DNA of 64,000 bases from Felis catus (taxonomy: Eukaryota): assembly GCF_018350175.1 (NCBI RefSeq), contig NC_058368.1, positions 11,842,001 to 11,906,000 of the forward strand. Direction: 5' to 3'. A model generated the notes under the pieces. That model was not told where the DNA came from. It was given only the letters and a program-made list of their open reading frames with translations, and searched no databases. Position numbers and translations under genes: made by a program. Shown in pieces: positions 1 to 12,650 of this stretch (position 1 is the first letter of the stretch; each line of letters opens with the position of its first letter).

Positions 1-183
1 TGTATGTAGGCTCAAATATATAGAGTATAAACTGAAAGAATTACAAAGAAACAAATTCACCACTTGGTGGCTTATCTTAACAGTTTTCCCAATGATTATA
101 AAGTTTGTGGGAATTTTGAAGATTTGAAACGAACAAGTTTATAGCAACCATGCTTAACCTGTCAAAAGAATAAATCATAATGG

Positions 184-323
184 TTGGGGTTTTGTACAGC
201 AGAGCTGCTCCCTCACTGTGATCTGTTGAAAAGTCAGCCCTCAAGACAAGGGCTTGGTGGGGTGGGGGTGGGGGGGCAAGAAAGAAAGAAAACAAAAAAT
301 TAAAAACAAAACAAAAACAAAAA
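184..323 (+). pseudogene. Retroposed 3'-terminal fragment of 28S rRNA (SINE28-like) with G-tract and A-rich tail
   Basis: 184-256 resembles the recalled 28S 3' end (GGGGTTTCGTACGTAGCAGAGCAGCTCCCTCGCTGCGATCTATTGAAAGTCAGCCCTCGACACAAGGGTTTG) with several CpG transitions. A-rich tail 278-323. Perfect TSD AATAAATCATAATGG at 169-183 and 324-338. Confidence 0.88.
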
Positions 324-406
324 AATAAATCATAATGGCAATTCTGAAATATTTAGAAATGATAATTAAAATGATACATATTAAAACTTGTAGGATACAG
401 CTTAAA

Positions 407-636
407 TTTTTTTTTTTAATTTTTTAAATGTTTATTTATCTTTGAGAGAGAGAGAGACAGAGACAGAACACTAGCAGAGAATGGGCAGAGAGAGAGAGGG
501 AGACACAGAGTCTGAAGCAGCCTCTAGGCTCTGAGCTGTCAGCACAGAGCCTGACGCGGGGCCCGAACCCTCAAACTGTGAGATCATGACCTGAGCTGAA
601 GTTGGATGCTCAACCAGCTGAGCCACCCAGGCGCCC
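407..636 (-). mobile_element. Can-SINE (SINEC_Fc-like)
   Basis: T-rich tail, (GA)n, ends gagccacccaggcgccc (reverse tRNA-derived head). Confidence 0.92.
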
Positions 637-639
637 TGA

Positions 640-3245
640 ATGTTTTTTAAATCTAATTTTATTGGCCAAGTGTCTAATTCAGGAAGTTTATAAAAATAAT
701 CAGATTATACACCGTATACAAGGAAGAAAACAAGTACAGAAATTAAAGACATAGAAAATACAGTACATTTCACACAAACTCAAAGCTGGCAGTTTGAAAA
801 ATGTATTAAATAGGCAAATCCATGGTAAGTTGAATCAGAAAAAAAAGAGATGGTATCAATATATGGGTTTGGAATGAAATGGGGAACAACAGACATTAAA
901 AAGCTAAAAAGACAGTTCTATGAACAATATTTTATGGTAATATATTTGAAATTAGGTAAAAGAATTTCCTAGAAAATATAACTTGCCAGAGAAAATTTTA
1001 AATAACCTTTAACCAGTAAAAGAAATAGAATTCGTTTTAAAAATTGTATCCATAAAATGAACAAAATCCCTTCCTCCCAAACAACAGTGGCAGCAATAAT
1101 AAAAGTAACAGCAGCAGAACACACACCAACTACAAAAGAACTTAAACTGAACATCAGGAGATAACTCCTAATCATTTAAGTAGCATACAATTCAAATGTC
1201 AAGTACACCTTTCTAGATTATAGAAAAGGAAGAAATGCTCCACAGTTCACTTTATGAGTGGAATATAATCTTCATAGAGAAACTAGACAAAGCCAAGCAA
1301 GTTAGAAGAGTCATAGGCTAATTTAGTCTAAAGTTGTAATCATATCACATAAATTCAATATAAAATAATAACATTTGGAACGGTGTAAACTATTTATAAT
1401 GAGCAAATTGGCTTTATTTTAGGAATATAAGAATGGATAAACATTAGAGAATCTTAGAGACTAAGATATTTGTGTAAATTAACAGATCAAAGAAAAAAGT
1501 ATCAGTAGATGTAGAAAAAGACAGTTTGATAAAATTCAGTGTAATTTATGATAAAAACCTTTTAGCAAAGTGATAAGGATATGACCCACAGAAGGCTCAA
1601 TGATAGAGAACAAACTAAGGGTTGATGGAGGGAGGTGAGTGGGAGATGGCCTAGGTGTCTGTATTAAGTAGGTCACTTGTCATGAGCACTGGGTGTTGTA
1701 TGTAAGTGGTGAATCATTGAATTCTACTTCTGAAACCAATATTGCACTTCATGTTAACTAAAATATAAAAAATAAATTTTAAAAGTGGTAAGAATATGTA
1801 TGATACTGTACATATGGTACATGCTGAAGAATTTTCTTTGGAGTTAGGAATACTTATTTACTCAGGAAAAAGGGAACTGTGCTGCCATTTCTAATCTGCA
1901 TCAATTAAGTGTCTTTAGTGGAGTAAAATGAGATAAATAAAAGATAAAAGGATTAAAAAGAAGAAATAAACTGAAATTGTTTGCAGATAATATGACTGCC
2001 TGTGTAGAAAACACAAAACAGTATATAGATAACTTTCTAAAACAAATAAAATTCTGCAAGGTTGATAGATATAAGATCAATATATTAAAGGCTGTTGGTA
2101 TAATTTTATAAATTTGTAGCTTTAACAAAGACTTGAGCTGTTTAGAAATTTCACAAAAATGTGGACAATTATGCTGAAAATCATTGTAATTCAGGAAAAA
2201 GTATAAAAGAAGACTTAGATATTCTGCATGATTTGTTATGTTTATGGGTGGGAAACTCAGTATCATCATGATTCCAGTTTTATGCATACTAATAGATAAT
2301 CCAGTCAAAACAGAATGTTTGAATGTGTGTTGTGTGTGTGGGGGGCGTAATTTGACTAACTGATTCTAAAATTCACATTGAAGAGTAAATGGCCCATAAT
2401 AACTAATTTTGAAGAATAGAATAGTGGGGACTTACTCTACCACCTAGTATTAAGACACTGTTTCCATATCCCTTTGACTATAATCAGGCAGTAGTAGGCA
2501 ACGGGACATATGGAAGTAATGGAGAGTTTACAAATAGATGCATAGTTACGTAGAAACTTCAAAGTGTGGGTATTATAGGTCATTGAAGGGAATCTGTACT
2601 GTTTCTTTAATGATTGGTTTTAGGACAATTGAAAATCCATATGGGAAATAATTATTTAATACCATACATAAAAGTAAGAGGTAGAATAAAGATACAAATC
2701 TGAAAAACAAATCTTTAAATTTTTATTTGAAAATATAAAGCAACATCTTAACCTCATTGTAGAAGAAATTTTTTTAAGAAAGATACAGCGAGCACAAGCC
2801 AAATAGGAAAGTATTGATAGATTTGGTTACATTAAGTTTAAAAACTTCCCTATGCTCTAAGATACTATAAACAGTGTGAAAAGACAAGTATAGACTAAGA
2901 TATGTTATACATACAGTTGACAAAGTTTTAGTGTGTAGAATTTTAGAGAAACTCTACAAATAAATAAGGACAAAACAGCCCATTTAAAAAATGACAGAGA
3001 TGGAATTTACAGAAAATGTCTAATATGCACAAAGAAGCATGTACAAGACATACAGTTTCAAGTCTATGAATAGGAGAATGAGTAAATAAGCTGTAGTGTA
3101 TTATGTAGTAAAATACCTAACGGCATTTAGAAATGAAAGAAGTAATTCAGTAGAAGCATCAATAGATGTAAATCTAAAAATATGCTGAATGTGAGTTTTA
3201 GGATATCTACAGTGTACCTGTTTTCTGTAAGATGTTTAAACTGGA
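640..3245 (+). mobile_element. Old, decayed L1 (L1M-type) ORF2/3' region, interrupted
   Basis: A-rich strand bias and degenerate L1 ORF2-like phrases (aaactgaaattgtttgcagataatatgactg, tttgataaaattcag). Boundaries approximate. Confidence 0.65.
1584..1781 (+). mobile_element. Severely 5'-truncated carnivore L1 3' end inserted in older L1
   Basis: gatgagcactgggtgtt-type 3' UTR and A-tail. TSD aaagtgataaggatatg (1567-1583) / aaagtggtaagaatatg (1782-1798), 2 mismatches. Confidence 0.85.
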
Positions 3246-3934
3246 CTAGCAATTTTCTTTCAGATCTTTGGTCTTGATTGTTTCTGTCATTGCCAGAATC
3301 TCTTAGAAACATGTTTTCTTAAGATGTTTTTTTCTTCTGCCTTTTTTCTTTTCATATTTTACTGTTTGTTTTGTTTGCTGTATCCTTGGCCTTACATGTG
3401 GTCTGAGATGTCCTTGAGTAAGTTTGCTGTCCCATAGGTGCCCCAAACTCTTTTGTCTTTCCCCACCTATGGGCCCCCTATTCCTGTTCACATTAGAACC
3501 CAGCTCATTCTCTTTTGACGTGTTCTTCTGGACCTGAGGTAAAACAGCCTGTGTTTGTACTCCCCTGAACTGATTTGACTTCGGGACTAGATGTAGAATG
3601 ACTATCTCCTCTCCTATCTAATAAAAATTTGTTGACCGTTTCTGTGTGGTTTACTTCATGCTGTGAATGAAATAGGAAGAGAATGTAATTTTCCTTTCTT
3701 GGAAGGGATCTTATGATCTAGTAGACTAGTCAGTCTTAAAAGAAGAAAAATGTCTTTGCCTTCTCTTTTATTCGAATTGAGTTTTAGATAGTCTTCTCAT
3801 TTATGTACTCAGGAGCAGCTTTTTGAATACAGGTAATATTTTGTTTTTCATAATTAGAGATATATAATATATACAATACAATTTAATATAATATATATAA
3901 TATATAATATAGGGTTTTTTTTTATATTTTTCAG

Positions 3935-4015
3935 AATTTAAACAAACAAGCCTATGATTTGGCAAAGGCTTTACTGAAGAGGACAGCTCAAGCTATTGAA
4001 CCATATATTACCAAT
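3935..4015 (+). CDS. PDS5B: PDS5B coding exon (~7), NLNKQAYDLAKALLKRTAQAIEPYITN
   Basis: tttttcag acceptor, gtaagt donor, 81 nt, phase 0/0. Confidence 0.96.
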
Positions 4016-6392
4016 GTAAGTTTTTCTTGTAATTGGTTGTCAGAAGGATTAGCCAAAATTTTAAAGATAGCTAGAGGCAAAATTTTGGCAAGTAATATTA
4101 CATAATTTTAAATTTCATGTTGTTTTAATTATTAAATAATATATTTTCTTTATCCTTCTTATTTAAAATTATTCTTGGCTAATATTTTATGGGTGGTTAG
4201 CTCCCCTCTTGTTTGTTCATTCATTTACTTCTTTCAAGTTGCCTAGAACTAGAACATCTTTAATTTTGGTTAGCAAGATACACTTTTTATTTCTAATATT
4301 ACAAGTAGAGCTAAATGTTAGATAAAATATATAGAACTTCTCATTATTCAGGGAAGTTAGAGCTTTTTGAAGATTAAATTGATTGTACAAGAAGTAGATA
4401 TGAACTAATACCAAGACCTTAAAGTTGAAGGCACATGTTAATGGCAGCGATTTGGTACAGTTGCCTATCTTGCTATTCCTGGGGTAGATTTAAAATACAA
4501 CTACCTTTTTTGAAAAAGAGGAGGAATTGAGATGAAATGAGCCCTTTCAGTATCATCCCAAATCTGCTTGACCGTCTTGTAGCTGTTTTCAGAAGAAATG
4601 TATTTTAGCTAATAGGTTATTGTAAGTTTTATTTTTCTCTCCTTAGTACGCTTGAGTTGCACCACTCTAGATACATTCTGTGTGAATGGTGCCTCCTGGA
4701 ACAAATCTAGAACACAGTGTTAGTGTTGGCCTCTGGAATTTATGTAGCAGTTCTCTCTACTTTCCACTTTCACTTACCTCCAAATATGTAAATGTTATAA
4801 ATCAGTCTTCTTGAAAAGAGTGAGAAAGTTATTTATAATCACTTATGTATTTAATTTTCCTGAAGTTTATTGAAGGGGCATATTTCCTATAGTATATAAA
4901 AATTGAAGTCTATATATAAAATACATGATGAAAAAATGTGCTTTGAATAGTAACACACTTTATAAAGTAGTATCTTGGTAAATCTCAGTTTTTGTTTCTG
5001 ACTTACTTATAGCCTTAAATAATTCCAAGCACATGATGATTTGGAAAAATGTATTTGATTTGTAAGGAAATTGTTTTGGAGGGTGAATTTTCACAGTTTG
5101 GACAATCAAATTGTGTAATCTATCTTAATAGCTCGAAATTGGCAGAGAATTCTAAATAATGATATCTGCAGGTTTTGTGAGTCTTGGGTGTTGGCTGGAG
5201 TAAATTGGTTGGATTGAGTGGGTTGAGTTTTGTTTTTTTTTGTTTTGTTTTTTTTTCATTATTGACCTAGTGGCATTTGAAGTGTTTAAACCCAGACTTA
5301 TGCATTCTGTGATTAATTAGCCTTCCCTTTTCCTTTGATTCGCGTGTTATCTGAATGACTATCTCCATGGCCCTTTAGATATACTAGGTGAGCTCCTCCT
5401 GGTGGTCATTTATTTAAACTGATATTGCCAACCCAGAGGTTTCCTAGGGGAACACTTACATTTTTTTGGTGCCTTTTTTCTGGTTCATTATACTATTGTC
5501 TCAACATATGTATGTGTTTGAAAATACTTATAATTAGAGCTAAAAGAAAAAGGACCAGAGAAATACTTTTAGCAATCTCAGGTAAATCAAGGTAAAAACA
5601 TTTCCTTATCACTAATACCTTATATTAATTTTTTGTTCTTAGTAGTTCTTGCCTGCAGAAGTAGAACTGCCCTCTTGTATCTTTATCAGAAGCTGGGGGA
5701 GGAGAGGCACAAGATTAGTAGAATGGTCTGAGCAGACTTTCAATTGTATGTTTATTCCCAATACTTTGTTCATTGTTTTATCTCATTTTCTTGTTCTTTG
5801 CTTTATTTGAGGGTTAGCTAAGAAGTCATTGAGAATTGCTTTTTTTCCCTCTTTTAATCTTATACATCTTATTTTTCTACCTCAAACCTATACAGTTAAC
5901 ATTTAAAATTACTTTCTAGTGAACTTAATTGTTTTGTAGTAGGATGAAATGAATTACATTATTAAAATAATTCTCAGCCTTTTTGGACTTGTACATGTAG
6001 TAGCCATTATTCATTTATCTTTCTAGTGGAGAATTAGCAAGCAAAAAGAGAGGTAGGATACTGAGGTAATAATAACCCCATTTCTATCTCTTTTTTGCTT
6101 ACGTTGTTTTCACTATCATGGATATCCTATAGACACATTCAAGTTCTTAATAATTAGTGATTCTTAGATATATAGAACTTGCATGACTGTGGTGGTGTAG
6201 ATTATTTTTTAAATATAAAATTTGTCAATTGACAACTCAAACCAAAAAGTATTAAATAATTTTTAAAAAGGTAAAACAGTATCAAAAACAAAAAGTACAG
6301 GGTACACTGTACAGTAACAAATCCAAAAATTTTCTGCATGGATCACTTCTTGGTAATTTTAGTTTTCATTAGGACGTTTTAATTACAAGTTT

Positions 6393-6500
6393 CAAGTTGC
6401 TTAATCTTGCTAGCCTCAGTATTTGCATCTCTAAGATGGGGTTAATAAAATGCTTGGAGTGATTGTAGAGAATGTGTTGTTTAATGTGAAAGCACTTTCG
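6393..6500 (+). mobile_element. MIR fragment
   Basis: gcctcagtatttgcatctctaagatggggttaataa resembles the MIR core. Confidence 0.6.
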
Positions 6501-6677
6501 TAAGTAAAATTGACCATTAAACTTAAGGTAGAATTTCTTGCTGACCTTTAACTTACCCATACTCCTTTCATTAGGAGGCAGTTGTTACAAAATAAATTTG
6601 TAGTGGGAAAATCAGTTACCCGTTTATAAATAAAAGGCTAATGTATTTTGGAAGGAAATACTTTAATCAAACCTCTA

Positions 6678-6909
6678 GGGGCACCTGGGTGGCTCAGTTG
6701 GTTAAGCAGCCGACTTTGGCTCAGGTCATGATCTCGCAGTCCGTGAGTTCGAGCCCCGCGTCGGGCTCTGTGCTGACAGCTCGGAGCCTGGAGCCTGTTT
6801 CGGATTCTGTGTCTCCCTCTCTCTGACCCTCCCCTGTTCATGCTTTGTCTCTCCCTGTCTCAAAAATAAATAAAACGTTAAAAAAAAAAAAATTAAAAAA
6901 AAAAAAAAA
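6678..6909 (+). mobile_element. Can-SINE (SINEC_Fc-like), full length
   Basis: ggggcacctgggtggctcagttggttaag head, CT tract, poly-A; flanks share acctcta. Confidence 0.95.
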
Positions 6910-6989
6910 CACCTCTATCTGCCTCTTCCACTATAAGTCCTTATGGAGAACATGGATTGTTTTACTTATATTATAGTATCTGCTGCATA

Positions 6990-7100
6990 TTATTCATTTG
7001 CTAAATGTGTATTGGGCACCTACTCTGTCAGGCACTATGGCAAGCTCTTCCTATACAGTAGAGAAGACTGACTTGGCCCTTGCCTTTATGGAGATTATAA
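6990..7100 (-). mobile_element. L2 3'-end fragment
   Basis: attcatttgctaaatgtgtattgggcacctactctgtcaggcac is a typical reverse L2 terminus. Confidence 0.6.
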
Positions 7101-7545
7101 ATGTTAAATAATTGTTATTGATGACATTTATAAGAAGTTAATCCAGGGAGTGATTTTTTGTTTTTTTTAATTTTCAAGTGAGTTTTCTCCATACTGATGA
7201 AGAAGACAATTAGATCATGTGACAAGGTGGCCAGATTGGAAAGGATTATTGTGTTTTTGTTAAGGAAAGGTTAGATTTACTGTTTTTAAACAGGAGAAAA
7301 TTTGTGAATGAAAACAAAGCCATTTTATTTTCAGCCTGAATGAGAATTTAACCTCAGAGGTCATGAAATTATTTTCCCACAATATTGATAAACCAGGACA
7401 ACAAGCAAGTTACTTTAAAAATGAGTAAAGAAAGAATAGTAAAATAGAATTTGTTCTCTCCCCCCCCCCCCCCCCCCCACATGGATACTTAGTTTGTGCA
7501 GTCTCACAGACATAACAAACTTCATTTAAGAATAACCTGAACAGT

Positions 7546-7878
7546 ATGGAGCCTGCTTGGGATTCTCTTTCTCTCCTTTCTCTCTGACCCTCTCCCTGCT
7601 TGCGTGCTCTGTCTCTCTTCCTCTCTCTCAAAGTAGTTAAATAAACTTAAAAAAAAAAAAAAGATGAACCTGAGTTAGGGACACCTGGGTGACTCAGTTG
7701 GTTAAGTGTTCGAATCTTGATTTTGGCTCAGGTCATGATCTGACCATCATGAGTTGGGTCCCCATGTTGGGCTCTGCACTGGGTGTAGAGCCTGCTTGGG
7801 ATAATCCCCCCCCCCCCCCCCCAAGCCATTGCTCCTCCCCAGCTCATGCACATGCCTGATGTCTCGCTCTCTCTCAAT
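7546..7878 (+). mobile_element. Two adjacent Can-SINEs: a 5'-truncated copy (7546-7662) and a tail-less copy (7678-7878)
   Basis: gagcctgcttgggattctc...poly-A, followed by a gggacacctgggtgactcag head. Confidence 0.85.
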
Positions 7879-8364
7879 GCCTGACTTAAAGTAAGCAGAA
7901 AAGACCTAGAAATGTGAAGTCTTGAACTTTGTACTATCCATATAGAAAACCTATTTAAGCCAGGTTGTGTTGACTGTAACTGAGAGAAGAGATCAGGGCT
8001 TATGTGTTATAAAAAATCCTTAAACTACTTCTTCAAAGAGACAGAATATCCTGTTGAGAATGTGTGGTATATTCTCTGGCTTAATTTCTTACAAATTTGG
8101 AAGACTTTAAATAGAAAGGAACTGGACCATTATGCTATGTATCTTTACCAGTTTTGGTAGTAATATGGTAAATGATCTGAATGTGGAAACCACTTATAGC
8201 TGGTTCCTTATAGAAATAAAGTTGTTCAAATTTGGATTTTCAGTGTGTTTGTGTTGTGTACTTTTAATTGGATTTTCAGTAGTGCTGTAAACCTTGTACA
8301 TATGCACACACATTTCATCAGAATATAAAAGAAGACAAAAAAGATTAGAAAGAGGTTGTTTTGC

Positions 8365-10504
8365 TGAGAGCTTTCCCCCAAGGTCAGGAACATGACTGGG
8401 ATGTCTGCTCTTGCCACTGTTATTCAACGTAGTGTTGGAAGTCTTAGCCTCAGCAGTCAGATAACACAAAGGAATAAAAGGCATTCAGATTGGCAAGGCG
8501 AAGTCAAACTTTCACTGTTCTCAGGTGACATGATACTCCATATGGAAAACCCAAAAGATTCCACCAAAAAGCTGCTGGAACTGATCCATGCATTCAGCAG
8601 AGTTGCAGAATATAAAATCAATGCACAGAAATCGGTTGCATTCCTATACACCAATAATGAAACAACAGAAAGAGAAATCAAGGAATCGATCCCATTTACG
8701 GTTGCACCAAAAACCATGAAATACCTAGAAATAAACCTAACGAAAGAGGTGAAAAATCTATACACTGAAAACTATAGAAAGCTTATGAAAGAAATTGAAG
8801 ACACAAAAAAAGTGGAAAAATATTCCATGCTCCTGGATTAGAAGAACAAATATTGTAAAAATGTCGATACTACACAAAGTAATCTACATATTCAGTGCAA
8901 TCCCTATCAAAATAACACCAGCGTTCTTCACAAAGCTAGAACAAGCAATCCTAAAATTTGTATGGAACCAGAAAAGACCCTGAATAGCCAAAACAATCCT
9001 GAAAAAGAAAACCAAAGCAGGAGGCATCACAATCCCAGACTTCAAGATGTATTACAAAGCTGTAATCATCAAGACAGTATGGTACTGGCACAAAAACAAT
9101 CAGTGGAACAGAATAGGGAACCCAGAAATGGACCCACAAATGTAAGGCCAACTAATCTTTGACAAAGCAGGAAAGAATATCCAATGGAAAAAAGACAGTC
9201 TCTTCAGCAAGTGGTGCTGGGAAAACTGGACAGCGACATGCAGAAGAATGAACCTGCACCACTTTCTTACACCATACCCAAAAATAAACTCAAAGTGGAT
9301 GAAAGACCTAAACGTAAGACAGGAAGCCATCAAAATCCTCGAGGAGAAAGCAGGCAGAAACCTCTTTGATCTTGGCCGCAGCAACTTCTTACTCAACACG
9401 TCTTTGGAGGCAAGGGAAACAAACGCAAAAATGAACTCTTAGGACCTCATCAAAATAAAAAGCTTCTGTACAGTGAAGGAAATAATCAGAAAAACCAAAA
9501 GGCGATCAGTGGAATGGGAGAATATATTTGCAAATGACATAACAGATGAAGGATTAGTATCCAAAATCTGTAAAGAACTTACAACACCCCAAAAACAATC
9601 CAGTGCAGAAATGGGCAAAAGACACAAATAGACACTTCTTCAAGAAGACATCCAATCCACATGACGGACTGACACATGAAAAAATGCTCAACATCACTCA
9701 TCATCAGGGAAATACAAATTAAAACCACAATGAGATACCACCTCACACCTGTCAGAATGACTAAAATTAACAACTCCAGCAACAACAGATACTGGTGAGG
9801 ATGTGGAGAAAGAGGATCTCTTTTCCACTGCTGGTAGGAATGCAAACTGATGCAGCCACTCTGGAAACAGTATGGAGGTTCCTCAAAAAATTAAAAATAG
9901 AACTACCCTACAACCTAGCAATTGCACTACTAGGTATTTATCCAAGGGATACAGGTGTGCTATTTCAAAGGGGTAGTGTACCCCAGTGTTTGTAGCAGTG
10001 CTGTTGACAATAGCCAAAGTATGGAAAGAGCCCAAATGTCCATTGATAGATGAATGGATAAAGATGTGATATATACACATACATACATACAATGGAGTAT
10101 TACTCAGCAATAAAAAAAATGAACTCTTGCCATTTGCAACTACATAGTTGGAACTAGAGGGTATTATGCTAAGCAAAATTAGAGAAAGACAAATATCATA
10201 TGAGTTTACTTATATGAAGACTTTAAGATACAAAACAAATGAACATTGGGGAAGGGAAGCAAAAATAAGAACAGGGAGGGGGACAAAACATAAGAGACTC
10301 ATAAATAGAACATAGAGTTGCTGGAGGGGTTTTGAGGGGGATGGGCTAAATGGGTAAGGAGCATTAAGGAAGACACTTGTTGGGATGAGCACTGGGTGTT
10401 ATATGTAGGGGATGAATCACTGGAATCTACTCCTGAAATCATTGTTGCACTATATGCTAACTAACTTGGATGTAAATTAAAAAATAAATAAAATACAAAG
10501 GAAA
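8365..10504 (+). mobile_element. 5'-truncated carnivore/felid L1 (3' half of ORF2 plus 3' UTR and A-tail), frameshifted
   Basis: ORF fragments with L1 ORF2 motifs ([31 protein letters not shown]). TSD aaagaggttgttttgc at 8349-8364. Confidence 0.95.
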
Positions 10505-10518
10505 AAAGAGGTTGTTTG

Positions 10519-10700
10519 GGGGCACCTGGGTGGTTAAGCACCCAACTTTGGCTCAGGTCATGATCTCACAGTATGTGGATTCAAGCCCCACGTCGAGCTC
10601 TGTGCTGACAGCTCAGAGCCTGGGGCCTAGTTCAGATTCTGTGTCTCCCTCTCTGTCTGCCCTTGTTCCGCTTGCACTCTTTCTCTCAAAAGTAAATAGA
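10519..10700 (+). mobile_element. Can-SINE inserted in the 3' TSD of the L1
   Basis: ggggcacctgggtgg head, flanked by aaagaggttgttt and aaaaaggttgttt. Confidence 0.92.
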
Positions 10701-11186
10701 AAAAAGGTTGTTTTGCATTATAAATATAAAATTGTATATTTTAAAAATGGAATTGGCTCCTTCTGTGAAGATACAAGGCTTTTTCTTCAGTATTCTTGTC
10801 TTCCATACATGCCAAGGTGATGTGATCTCTTGACTTTAAGAAATTTACCTAGTAGGGAAATTAAGACATGTACACAAATATAACTGTATTACAACTTAAA
10901 ATATAGTAAGTACCATAATGAAAAATAAAGTACATATGGTAGGTAGTGTTGATTGATAAGCTAATTGATAAATTAGTACAAGTTATCTTTTGTTGTGTAC
11001 AAGGTGAATTTCATGTACAAGGTGAACTAGCCTGTAGTTTCCTACCTACTGTTAGAAAATGTTTTGATAAACCTAGTTTGGTTTTGTATAAAATAATAAT
11101 AAATTTAATTGAATAATAATGAAGATTTTAGAAAATTCATTTTGTCTATGCCATTTCAATTAATGATAAATTTTCTTTCTCAAAAG

Positions 11187-11327
11187 TTTTTTAATCAGGT
11201 TCTGATGCTTGGGAAAACATCTATCAGCGATTTGTCAGAGCATGTCTTTGACTTAATTTTGGAGCTCTATAATATTGATAGTCATTTGCTGCTCTCAGTT
11301 TTACCCCAGCTTGAATTTAAATTAAAG
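11187..11327 (+). CDS. PDS5B: PDS5B coding exon (~8), [10 protein letters not shown]...PQLEFKLK
   Basis: ctcaaaag acceptor, gtaact donor, 141 nt, within ORF 11109-11402. Confidence 0.96.
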
Positions 11328-12481
11328 GTAACTATTCTAAAAGGGATATGGTCTGTCAGCCACATTAGCAAAGAGCATTATTTGTGGCTCTTTAATTCTT
11401 AGAGGATGGTTTTTAGCTGGATATTACAGATGTTGTGGTATATTACTGTTATTAATTACATGTTTGTACCTTACCTGTTTACCTCCAGTGCCCAGGGTGA
11501 TGCCTAGCAGATAGCAGTTACTTAATGACTTAGGGTAGTATTTTTCTTCAGATATTTTCCAAATGAATTCTAGATTGTGACTGACTTTTCAGATCATAGC
11601 TATACATCAAGCTTGTTTTCAGGCACAGTTTATAGTGGTTCCCAAGATCCCTTGATTAGGCAATAAAAATAGTTTAGGGTCTATTATTCACATGTTGTGA
11701 AATATTTTCCTTTTGTGCATATTCTGTTATGCTTATGTTGAAACCTCCATTACTTTTCTCATAGTTCTCTGGGATCTGTTGGTGGCATATTGCTATCACC
11801 TTGACATTAAATTATCCCATCAAATTGAGTTCCATTTGTAGATTTGAGGAATAGTCTTTTCTCTTTCAAATTATTACAGGAAGATTAAATAAAGCTGGTT
11901 ATAATGAATAATCTTTGATGAAACCTGATGTACCACCCAGAAAAGTTCTTAAATGATTTCTGTATTACAGTTCTTATTTCTAAAGATTTTTGTCTCTTTC
12001 AAAACAAAAAAATAAAAAGTTCATATTGGTAGTGTGAGTACCCCACAAAACCAGCAAATGATCATTCTTGTTTTATTCTAGGGTATATTTTTGGTGTATT
12101 TCTCAAGTGAGCCACTTGATTCACTGGCCTCCCTGCTCTGTTTTTTTCCTCATGTAGTTAGCAATTTTGATGAGGCAGAATGCAGTCATACTTTTAATTT
12201 TTGGTTGATATGATTTTCTTTAATAAAAATATTTAGTACTATAAGAAATATAAGTAAGGGATTATAATCCCTGCTTTCAGCAAATTCAACATCTAGAAGA
12301 GAAAAAAAGTTCAGATTTAATAAGAGGCCAGATATTATAGGTGTCCTAAAAGATACAGACAACATACAATTGAAACAAAGGAAACAAGTGCAGAAGCATA
12401 CAGAGGTAGGAAGATGCTGGGTCAATTTGTGGAACACAGAGGATTATGGTTGGATAGTAACATCAAGTAAGTTTAAATCAT

Positions 12482-12650
12482 CCCTGGCTGCACATTAGAA
12501 TCTTCACCCTGTGGAGCCTTAATAAACAGATGTCCAGGGATTAAATCAGACCAGTTGATCAGAAATATTAGCAATAAAATCCAGGCTGTTTTGTTTTGTT
12601 TTGTTTTAGAGCTTTAGAGGTCATTTTAATGTGCCCCAGGGTTGAAAAGT
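12482..12650. mobile_element. MER5-like hAT-Charlie DNA transposon relic
   Basis: cctggctgcacattagaatc ... ttttaatgtgccccagggttgaaaa quasi-palindromic MER5-type ends. Confidence 0.6.

Noticed and set aside
184..256. Functional rRNA gene
   Set aside because: Only ~73 nt of the 28S end, mutated, with an A-tail and TSD. It is a retrocopy.
3788..3838. Cryptic mini-exon ending CAG|GTAATA about 100 nt upstream of the first exon
   Set aside because: The acceptor is ambiguous, and such motifs are common by chance in AT-rich introns.
6678..6760. tRNA gene (A/B-box-like head), and likewise at the other SINE heads
   Set aside because: These are tRNA-derived Can-SINE heads, followed by a SINE body and poly-A.
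8392..9995. Reverse-transcriptase-like ORFs as an active element or novel RT system
   Set aside because: They are frameshifted pieces of a 5'-truncated L1 ORF2, with the catalytic FADD motif changed to FSGD.
10996..11026. 13-nt direct repeat tgtacaaggtgaa with a 5-nt spacer (similar 12-nt repeat near 55455-55483)
   Set aside because: Two-copy local duplications with no array or associated element; not CRISPR-like.
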